Below, piece by piece: positions 56,651-64,000 of a DNA stretch of 64,000 nt. The stretch is from positions 32,001 through 96,000 of the forward strand of contig CAVYNY010000021.1 of the NCBI GenBank assembly GCA_963769935.1, read 5' to 3'. Both the position numbers and the translations under genes were made by a program. The stretch comes from an uncultured delta proteobacterium (GTDB lineage Bacteria; Desulfobacterota; Desulfobacteria; Desulfobacterales; JAFDCJ01). How positions within the stretch are numbered: position 1 is the stretch's first letter; each line of letters starts with the position of its first letter. A model generated the notes under the pieces. The model saw only the letters and a list, made by a program, of their open reading frames with translations. It did not search any database and was not told the DNA's origin.

Positions 56651-59257
56651 TCACGCCGCCATCGACCGGTCGATGCCGGTCTCAGTTTCTTCCTGGAGTT
56701 CTCGGACACGGCCGGTATTGGCAAATTTTACCAGTCCGCCGACATCAATAATCAAGCCCACCCGCCCATCGGGCATGATGGCACTACCTGATATTCCGGG
56801 AATATCCTTCATGGTCTCTCCCAGTGACTTGATAACGACCTGCTGTCGACCGATCAGTTCGTCAACCAGCAGACCGGCCGGCCGGTCTTCGTCCTCCACG
56901 ATAACGACAACCGCGTCCTTGGCATCCTGCTTGGCATCGTCGATATGATACAGGCGCGCCACGCGAAATAGTGGAATCAAGCTGCCCTGCAGCGTGACAA
57001 TTTCCCCCTGATTGAGCACTGTCGCCAGGTCGCTTTTACCTGGTCTGATGGAACGAATAATCGAGACGGTCGGCAGGACATAAGTTTCGGACCCCACCCG
57101 GACGACCATTCCATCGATTATCGCCAGGGTCAGCGGCAGACTCATTTTAAATACGCTGCCGCTGCCGCATTCGGATTTGATCTCCACCTGGCCGCGCAGG
57201 GCCTCGATATTTTTTTTGACCACATCCATCCCAACCCCTCGTCCCGATACATCGGTTACGACCTGGGCGGTAGAAAAGCCGGGCTCAAAAATCATATTGA
57301 ACACCTCCCGATCACTCAGGGTACGATCGCTGGAATCGGAAGGCTCACCAATCAACCCCTTCTCCCGCGCCTTGGCCAAAATCACGGTGCGATCAAGTCC
57401 TTTTCCGTCATCTCTAACCTCAACCACCACACTGCCGGCGGAGTGATAGGCCATTAATCGGACCGTTCCGTACTCGGGCTTACCGTTCCGTTTGCGCTCA
57501 TCCGGCGGCTCAATGCCGTGATCGACGGCGTTGCGAACCATGTGAACCAGAGGATCGTTGATAATGTTGACCAGATTGCGATCAATTTCGGTGTCTTCAC
57601 CTTCGGTCGCGAAATTGACATTTTTACCCACTTTGCGCGCCACATCTCTTACCAGACGCGCCATTTTGCTAAAGGTCCCCTTGAGCGGCACCATACGCAT
57701 CGACATGCTGATATCCTGCAGCTCCCGCACTATTTTGCTGGTATGAGAAACCTTTTTGGCCAGTTCATGGTTGTCGCTGTTGGCCACCAGCTCATCCTGA
57801 GCAACCATGGAGTGGGCGATGACCAGCTCACCCACCATGTCAATTAAACGGTCCAGACGTTGGGTACCGACCCGCACCGAAGAATCCACCACCGGCTGAC
57901 TGCTGTTGATGCGTTTCTGGGCACGCAGCGCCTGCCCCACATCCTCGGCGGAGGCCGCCTTGGACTTGACCATGGCCGCACCCAGTTTTTGATCGGGATG
58001 AGCGGCAGCAACTTCTTCGACCTGCTCTCTTTCTATTTTGCCCTGCGCCACCAGCATGTCGCCGACGCGCGGGGCCGCGACGTCATCGGTTTCCTCTGAT
58101 ATACCGGCCGCCTCCGGGTCGGCTAAAACCCTGACCAATTCATCATAGCCTTCCGGTTTGAGCAGAGGCTCGCCGGACAGGGCCGCCTGCACACGACTCA
58201 TCAGTTCTTTGATCATGTCCAGGGCCCGCAGTGACAGATCCGCATACCCGCCGCTATAGCGAATTTCACCGTCGCGCACCCGGCTCAGCAGGGATTCGGC
58301 ATGATGACCGAATCCGGAGAGCACATTGAGCCCCAAAAAGGCAGAGGTCCCTTTAACCGTGTGGAACGCCCGGAAAACCTTACCGACAGATTCCATATCC
58401 TCAGGGTCGGTCTCCAGGGACAGCAGCGCTTCTTCGGCGCTGGAGATCAAATCACTGCCCTCCGCGATAAACTCGGCGATGAGCTCCGCATCCGCATCCC
58501 GGGGCATGTGATCGAAATTGGGATCATCTTCAGCAGGCTGGCCGAGCTTCGCTTCGGTGGACGGATCCGCGGGCTCACTGCCTGATTCAGCGGGGCCGCC
58601 GACGTCCTCCAGAGGATCCATGGCTTTTTCAAGCAGAGAGCCGGCCTCGCTGAAGGTTTGCTCCGGATCCGCAGTCCGGCCTTCTACAATTTCGTTGATT
58701 TTATCGACAGCCCTGGCAATCAAGCTGCCGGAATCCTCCCTGTCATTGCCGTCCGCGATCAGATTCAACAATGATGTGCGCAGATTTAATAATCCAGCAT
58801 GATTATCGGGTTCGAGTTGGATCAGCAAGGCAGCGGCATCATCCAGGGATTCAATCGATGGCTCGGCCGAATCGCCGGTTTCGGCCGATAATGCCTCCGC
58901 GTCTGAATCTTGCGGAGGATGGATAATTTTTTCCAGTTTCCGCCGGGTTTCAACGACCTGTTCCTCATCGACATTCCGGCCGGACAGACATTGTTCGGCG
59001 GAATTCAGCCCCTGCCAGACGGCGTCGACCAGTGATAGAGGGTCATTCACTGTTTGACCGCCCATCGCTTCGAGCCCCGCGTGGATCAGATCCAGCAGCG
59101 CTTTTATATCCTTGTTCTTCTTGGGGACTGCGGTCAGGATGCCTTCGAGTTCCCGGCCCAAATTATGCCAGGCGTCGCAGTCATTTATTCCGGCATTGTC
59201 AATCTCTTCTGCGATCTTCTTGAGGGTTTTGATAACTTTTTGATTTCTTTGGCCCAT
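56651..59257 (-). CDS. cheA: Chemotaxis histidine kinase CheA with long N-terminal extension
   Basis: FRAFHTVKG (P1), RLDRLIDMVGELV, HMVRNAVDHGIE, SGRGVGMDVV, C-terminal CheW-like domain. Confidence 0.97.
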   Translation of the reverse strand: MGQRNQKVIKTLKKIAEEIDNAGINDCDAWHNLGRELEGILTAVPKKNKDIKALLDLIHAGLEAMGGQTVNDPLSLVDAVWQGLNSAEQCLSGRNVDEEQVVETRRKLEKIIHPPQDSDAEALSAETGDSAEPSIESLDDAAALLIQLEPDNHAGLLNLRTSLLNLIADGNDREDSGSLIARAVDKINEIVEGRTADPEQTFSEAGSLLEKAMDPLEDVGGPAESGSEPADPSTEAKLGQPAEDDPNFDHMPRDADAELIAEFIAEGSDLISSAEEALLSLETDPEDMESVGKVFRAFHTVKGTSAFLGLNVLSGFGHHAESLLSRVRDGEIRYSGGYADLSLRALDMIKELMSRVQAALSGEPLLKPEGYDELVRVLADPEAAGISEETDDVAAPRVGDMLVAQGKIEREQVEEVAAAHPDQKLGAAMVKSKAASAEDVGQALRAQKRINSSQPVVDSSVRVGTQRLDRLIDMVGELVIAHSMVAQDELVANSDNHELAKKVSHTSKIVRELQDISMSMRMVPLKGTFSKMARLVRDVARKVGKNVNFATEGEDTEIDRNLVNIINDPLVHMVRNAVDHGIEPPDERKRNGKPEYGTVRLMAYHSAGSVVVEVRDDGKGLDRTVILAKAREKGLIGEPSDSSDRTLSDREVFNMIFEPGFSTAQVVTDVSGRGVGMDVVKKNIEALRGQVEIKSECGSGSVFKMSLPLTLAIIDGMVVRVGSETYVLPTVSIIRSIRPGKSDLATVLNQGEIVTLQGSLIPLFRVARLYHIDDAKQDAKDAVVVIVEDEDRPAGLLVDELIGRQQVVIKSLGETMKDIPGISGSAIMPDGRVGLIIDVGGLVKFANTGRVRELQEETETGIDRSMAA

Positions 59258-59318
59258 TTGGGATTTCCAGGCTCCTTTTCATGTCCGATAGCGCATCGAC
59301 ACTGCGCCAACGCATTCA

Positions 59319-59825
59319 TTAGATATCGCTGCACACGCATTTGCCGGTCGAATATGAGCTGTGAATACTTCCGGTGCTATAATAGACGGTGTTGCATGAA
59401 AGCAGTTCATTGAGCAAATTAAACGCCCCCCGCAAAAGCGTCTGCGAATGCTCAAAAAGTTGTTGGGCGAATTGATTGGCTTCCTGCACCCGAGCCACCA
59501 CGGATGATAAATCCGTGCTGGCCTGCCGCAACTGTCCGGCAAAGGGCTCAGCCACCAATTGTGAAAGTTTTTTCAGCGTAAGTTCCTGGAGCGGATATCC
59601 CAGGTCTTCAGCCAGACAGGCCACCACCCGGCGTCGTTTTTCATCGCTTTTTCGAAGTGCGGCCAAAAGATTTTCTTTTTCAACGGCGGCTTCATTCAAA
59701 GCGATTAATTCCGATTTAACCGCTGCCTCTTTCTCTTTGTCGATCACAGCCAGCACCGATTGATAAAGCTCTGTTTCGCGGCTGAGAAGGCCAAGCAATT
59801 GCTCCAGCATCAAATTCAATTTCAT
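59319..59825 (-). CDS. flgN: Flagellar export chaperone FlgN
   Basis: Helical 168-aa protein with E..LY..L....KE..A, N..A..L and VY...G patterns; follows flgJ. Confidence 0.8.
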   Translation of the reverse strand: MKLNLMLEQLLGLLSRETELYQSVLAVIDKEKEAAVKSELIALNEAAVEKENLLAALRKSDEKRRRVVACLAEDLGYPLQELTLKKLSQLVAEPFAGQLRQASTDLSSVVARVQEANQFAQQLFEHSQTLLRGAFNLLNELLSCNTVYYSTGSIHSSYSTGKCVCSDI

Positions 59826-59864
59826 GGTTGAATTCTCCGATTTGATCGCTATTTCGCATGATTG

Positions 59865-59892
59865 TTATCGGTTGAAAAACGCAAAAGCTTTA
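59865..59892 (-). promoter_or_regulatory. sigma28 (FliA)-type promoter for flgN-che-flgKL
   Basis: Minus strand TAAAG-N15-ACCGATAA. Confidence 0.65.
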
Positions 59893-59918
59893 GTCTTTTT
59901 TCCCTTCTTGCCCCTGTC

Positions 59919-60287
59919 TCACGGCAGGTTTGATTTCTCCTGGCCGGTTGTCAAGCGGCTCAGCTGTTCCTCCAATATTGAAGACAGTCCGATGCCGCCG
60001 GCAGCCGAAATCTTTCTGGACAGCTCAACATCCAGCATCGAGGTGAAAATCTCCTCGGCCCGTCCACCGCTGATAAAGCCGGATTTGTCGATTGTCGCCC
60101 GCATTTGCTGGATCAGGTAGTTTACGAAGAGCGACTCCATCTCCGTGCAGGCGGCATGCAGCCGAGGGTCGGTTTTACCGGCCGCAATTTTTTTGGCCGC
60201 GTTCAGGGTGTTGCCGATTCTCTGGTTCCGGTACTGCCGGTTAAGATAACCGGCGGCCTGTAAGAAGAAGGAATTATTATCATCCAT
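59919..60287 (-). CDS. flgJ: FlgJ, rod-binding domain only
   Basis: L.AAC.EMESLFV..LIQQMRATI, EEIFTSMLD, GIGL; no muramidase domain; start set at MDDNNS. Confidence 0.88.
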   Translation of the reverse strand: MDDNNSFFLQAAGYLNRQYRNQRIGNTLNAAKKIAAGKTDPRLHAACTEMESLFVNYLIQQMRATIDKSGFISGGRAEEIFTSMLDVELSRKISAAGGIGLSSILEEQLSRLTTGQEKSNLP

Positions 60288-60288
60288 A

Positions 60289-61425
60289 TTATATGATCTC
60301 CAATTCAGCCTGCAGAGCGCCGGCCGCTTTGAGGGCCTGAAAAATGGCAATCAGATCCCGCGGGGAAGCACCCAGGGCATTTAAGGCCTTGACGACTTCG
60401 CCGATGCTCACGCCGGATTCCACTAAAAATATGGGGTTGTTGCCCTCCTGGACCTGGACATCCGATTCGGGCGTGACCACAGTCCTACCGGATCTTGAAA
60501 ACGGCAGCGGCTGGGAAACTTGCTGAGTCTCCGTAATTTGGATGCTTAAATTCCCGTGAGCGATGGCAATGGTGGAAATTCTCACATTTTCGCCCATGAT
60601 GACCGTGCCGGTGCGCTCATTGATGACCACCTTGGACACCACATCCGGGGTGACTCCCAAACCTTCGATCATCGTTACCATGGGAACGGTATTGCCTCTG
60701 TATTTTTCAGGGACTTTGACTTCAATGGTGCCGGCGTCCAGGGTACGGGCGATGGGTTCATAAAATGCAATATTTATCGCCTGCGCCATGCGGGAAGCAG
60801 TGGTAAAATCCGGCAGGTGCAGCGTTAAGGTAAGCAATTGCTTTTGATTAAAATGGGTAGATACCTCTTTTTCAATCAAGGCGCCGTTGACCACCCGGCC
60901 CACGGTCGGAAAGTTTTTCTGAACCTCGGTACCGGATGCAGTTCCGGCAACAAAACCACCTGTACTGACGGATCCCTGCGCCACGGCATAAACCTGACCA
61001 TCCGCCGCCTTCAGCGGGGTAAAAAGCAGGTTGCCTCCCTGAAGATTATTGGAGTCACCAATGGAACTCACGAGAACATCAATTCTGCTTCCGGTGCGCG
61101 CAAAGGCCGGCAGATCGGTGGTCACCATAACCGCGGCCACATTATTCACCTTGATGTCATCCGGTTTGACGGTAACGCCCATTTTTTCCAGCATGCTGGC
61201 CATGGACTGCAGCGTGAAGATCGCCTTATTACTGTCGCCGGTGCCGTTCAATCCAACCACCAGGCCATAGCCGACCAGCTGATTCGGTCGCACGCCTTTG
61301 ATATCGGCGATATCCTTGATGCGCACCCCTTGGGCAGGTTCGACCAAAAACAGTAAACCCGCCAAAAACAGCACGAGTTTAAGAATTGAAGGTATCATCG
61401 GATTTTTCAAATTAACCAGCAGCAT
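60289..61425 (-). CDS. flgI: Flagellar P-ring protein
   Basis: RIKDIA, NQLVGYGLVVGL, INERTGTV, LKAAGALQAELEII. Confidence 0.97.
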   Translation of the reverse strand: MLLVNLKNPMIPSILKLVLFLAGLLFLVEPAQGVRIKDIADIKGVRPNQLVGYGLVVGLNGTGDSNKAIFTLQSMASMLEKMGVTVKPDDIKVNNVAAVMVTTDLPAFARTGSRIDVLVSSIGDSNNLQGGNLLFTPLKAADGQVYAVAQGSVSTGGFVAGTASGTEVQKNFPTVGRVVNGALIEKEVSTHFNQKQLLTLTLHLPDFTTASRMAQAINIAFYEPIARTLDAGTIEVKVPEKYRGNTVPMVTMIEGLGVTPDVVSKVVINERTGTVIMGENVRISTIAIAHGNLSIQITETQQVSQPLPFSRSGRTVVTPESDVQVQEGNNPIFLVESGVSIGEVVKALNALGASPRDLIAIFQALKAAGALQAELEII

Positions 61426-61443
61426 AAAGATTTTTCCTTTAAA

Positions 61444-62241
61444 CTAAAACGGCCAGGCGCTGTTCAGCAAATTGGCCAGCCATCCGGGGCGCTGACGATC
61501 GTTTACAATGCCGGAGCCGCTGTACGCTATTTTGGCATCGGAGATAAAGGTCGATAATATGACATTGGTATCGGAGATATCGCGCGGCCGGATGACACCG
61601 GATAAAATGATTATCTGGTTCTCATAGTTGACCATTACTTCACGGGTGCCGACGATCTTCAGATTGCCGTTGGGCATGACCGCCACGACCCGGCAGGTGA
61701 TATAGGCATCCAGACTGCCGCTGCGGGTAGTTTCGCCGTCGCCGGCAAATGCGCTTTTCATGGAGCCTTGGACCGATGGATCCCCGAATGGATTAATTTT
61801 GGGTAGATCATTGCTGACATCGGGTAGAATTTCGTTTTGCCACCAGTTTTCCAGGCCGAACAATTTCTGAATTCCGGCCTCGAGACTGGAGGAGCGGGTG
61901 GTATCCGTCTTGGCTTTGTTGCTGGCCTTGGCGGATTCATCAATTTTAACCGTCACGATATCGCCGATGTTGCGGGCTTTGGTATCGATAAACATTCCGT
62001 TCAAGGAACTGCCGGCCTGCCATAAAGATCCATCGCTGTCGACGGACGGCGGGAGCGCCGGATACGGAGTCTGCCTCTCTTTGGCCGCCATTTTTTCCAT
62101 CTCATACTCGATGTTGTTGCGATTTCCGGCACAGCCGTTGAAGCCGGCCAGCAAAAGAAGCGCGACAATGACTGCAGTGAATCGATCTGTTTGGGTCGGC
62201 ATTGTGTCCCCTGAAATTTTCCTTAAAAAGATCTGTTTCAT
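61444..62241 (-). CDS. flgH: Flagellar L-ring lipoprotein
   Basis: Lipobox NGC, GSLW, DTKARNIGDIVTV, SGVIRPRDI, QRPGWL. Confidence 0.95.
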   Translation of the reverse strand: MKQIFLRKISGDTMPTQTDRFTAVIVALLLLAGFNGCAGNRNNIEYEMEKMAAKERQTPYPALPPSVDSDGSLWQAGSSLNGMFIDTKARNIGDIVTVKIDESAKASNKAKTDTTRSSSLEAGIQKLFGLENWWQNEILPDVSNDLPKINPFGDPSVQGSMKSAFAGDGETTRSGSLDAYITCRVVAVMPNGNLKIVGTREVMVNYENQIIILSGVIRPRDISDTNVILSTFISDAKIAYSGSGIVNDRQRPGWLANLLNSAWPF

Positions 62242-62294
62242 GGTGTTATGGCTTTCTCAGCGTTCTCTGCGGTAAACGGTTCCAAATGAAGTTT

Positions 62295-63305
62295 TTAAAA
62301 ATCAACTTTCACCGTATTGGCATCCACCACCCGGGCATAAAGAATTTTTTTTGAGTCAAAATTAATCACCGGAATGCGTTCTCCGATTCTACCCTTCTTC
62401 CTGACTTCTCCCAGTGCCGTAGCTTTCAGACCGTCGGTTTCGGCTACGATTACGACCACATCCCCGCGCTTCACCAGCGGCGGAAATTCAATCAGGTTCG
62501 GCCGCAATACCGTTTGGGCGCCAATAGCTCGTTTGGTTCTTTTGCCCAGCACCGCATCCGGATCAAGGATGACATCGGAAGGCAAATTCGCCAGATCCAT
62601 CTTTTGCACTTCAATATCATCTTCTGTAATCGGCTTATACCGCCCGAGAGGTTTTTTGGTAACCACAACATCGCTGAATACTTCTACGGTTGCGGTGGCC
62701 CAGGCGCGTTTGAAAAATTTACCGTTGACATCGAAATCAATGGTGAACTGAATTTTTCCCATCGCTTCGGCATTTTGCGTGGGACTGACGGTATAAGTTA
62801 CGCGGCCGTCGGGCAATTCGATCTCCTCGGCCACTCGAATGTCTTTGATTCTGGCATCAGGCAAGTCGGCCAATAAATTTTTAGTGATGTAATCCGAAAC
62901 CAGAGTTTTGATTTTTTCCCGGCTCATTACGATTAAGCTGCGTTTGACCACGACCTTTGGCGGAATCTGCAACACCAGATCAGCCGGATCAAATCCGTTT
63001 TGCTTCAGGCGCCGGTTTAAGTCGGCGGCTTCAAATTCCAGTGAATTGCCCGGCAGCGGCGCCCGGCCGATGTATATGTTGCCAAGCCTGTCAACCAAAA
63101 GCGGGTCATCACCTTCGATCTTGGCAATTTTACGCAGATAAACGGACTCACCATCAACCAGTGAATCTGGTGCAACGCTGATCCGCAATCCGCCGGCGGC
63201 AAAGACTGCACCGGTCATTGCCGGCAGAAGCAAAACCGTCCAAAGGCAAATGATCGACAGCCGGGGGCGCATGTCTTTATAAAATTTCAAATTGTTACCT
63301 CTCAA
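62295..63305 (-). CDS. flgA: P-ring formation chaperone FlgA
   Basis: Signal peptide, SAF domain, PPLVKRGDVV, G.IGE.I.V.N..S.K. Confidence 0.92.
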   Translation of the reverse strand: MRGNNLKFYKDMRPRLSIICLWTVLLLPAMTGAVFAAGGLRISVAPDSLVDGESVYLRKIAKIEGDDPLLVDRLGNIYIGRAPLPGNSLEFEAADLNRRLKQNGFDPADLVLQIPPKVVVKRSLIVMSREKIKTLVSDYITKNLLADLPDARIKDIRVAEEIELPDGRVTYTVSPTQNAEAMGKIQFTIDFDVNGKFFKRAWATATVEVFSDVVVTKKPLGRYKPITEDDIEVQKMDLANLPSDVILDPDAVLGKRTKRAIGAQTVLRPNLIEFPPLVKRGDVVVIVAETDGLKATALGEVRKKGRIGERIPVINFDSKKILYARVVDANTVKVDF

Positions 63306-63314
63306 TCTTCAGCG

Positions 63315-64000
63315 TTAGCGTTTGACGTTGTTGGCCATTGACAGCATTTCATCGGCCGTCTGGATTGATTTGCTGTTGGCCTCGTAGGCCCGCTGCGCCG
63401 TTATCATGTTGACCATTTCGTCCACCACGCTGACATTGGACATTTCTAAAAAGCCCTGGGCCAAGGTTCCCAAGCCATCTTGGCCGGCAATACCGGTTAT
63501 CGCATCGCCGGTTGCTTGGGAGGTTATAAACAGGTTTTTGCCCATGCTGATCAGGCCGGCCGGATTGACGAAGCGGACCAATTCAATGGTGCCCACTTCG
63601 CTGGGCGTTGTCTCCCCGGCCTGCAGCACCGAAACCGTGCCGTCCATGCCCACGGTAACGGATACCGCATCCGAAGGGACGGTAATTTGCGGTTCCAGTG
63701 AAAATCCATCGCCATTGACGATGCGCCCCTGATTGTCGAGCTTAAACGCCCCGTCCCGGCTATAAGCTGTCTCGCCGTTGGGCATTATGATCTGAAAGAA
63801 CCCAGCCCCCTCGATGGCGAGATCGAGTTGGTTTTTGGTGTTTTCCAGTTCTCCCTGGCTGAACATTTTCAGCACGCTGGACGGCCGGACACCGCTGCCC
63901 AGCTGAATACCGGCCGGCACCTCGGTGTCCTGGCTGGAGGGTGTTCCAGCCGGTCGCAGGGTTTCGTAGAGCAAATCCTGAAATTCAGCTCGGCTTTTTT
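63315..64000 (-). CDS. flgG: Distal rod protein FlgG (5' end outside the window)
   Basis: KSRAEFQDLLYE, DLAIEGAGFFQI, YSRDGAF, LEMSNVSVVDEMVNMITAQRAYEANSK. Confidence 0.96.
   Translation of the reverse strand, partial: KSRAEFQDLLYETLRPAGTPSSQDTEVPAGIQLGSGVRPSSVLKMFSQGELENTKNQLDLAIEGAGFFQIIMPNGETAYSRDGAFKLDNQGRIVNGDGFSLEPQITVPSDAVSVTVGMDGTVSVLQAGETTPSEVGTIELVRFVNPAGLISMGKNLFITSQATGDAITGIAGQDGLGTLAQGFLEMSNVSVVDEMVNMITAQRAYEANSKSIQTADEMLSMANNVKR

Overview
Bacterial chromosomal segment; gene content and order suggest a Desulfobacterota/Desulfobacterales-type organism (inference). 1-34 kb is mostly housekeeping: a partial dynamin-like GTPase, yqgE, a GAF-domain adenylate cyclase, tex, dtd, dacB, folE2, ttcA-like, rpoZ, greA, asd, psd, tsaB, lon, pilD, a 2-oxoacid:ferredoxin oxidoreductase operon, mltG, a PAS-GGDEF-EAL gene, nagZ, tsaD, purM, hom, thrH, hldE and tRNA-fMet. 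34-47 kb holds small exported proteins and signalling genes. 47-64 kb is a flagellar operon (flgG-A-H-I-J-N...flgK-L) with an eight-gene chemotaxis cassette (cheA-R-D-HDOD-HDOD-Y-X-B) between flgN and flgK and no flgM at its usual position. Best unannotated candidates: (1) an ~85-nt sigma54-dependent small RNA at ~47484-47568 with enhancer-like palindrome, IHF site, -24/-12 box, C-rich anti-Shine-Dalgarno loops and an intrinsic terminator; (2) a 50-aa candidate selenoprotein (CxxU plus SECIS-like hairpin) between purM and tsaD; (3) a ~155-bp MITE with TAA/TTA target duplications; (4) several families of 7-9-bp tandem-repeat palindromic elements placed just after stop codons; (5) a sigma28-driven HTH/Cys-rich/PAS-like regulator co-transcribed with cheW, and proteins with Arg-rich YxGxERR motifs that may bind c-di-GMP. 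lon (6 single-base indels) and korB (1) are frameshifted as given, most likely sequencing/assembly error. All family calls are from motif recognition by eye; no searches were run.
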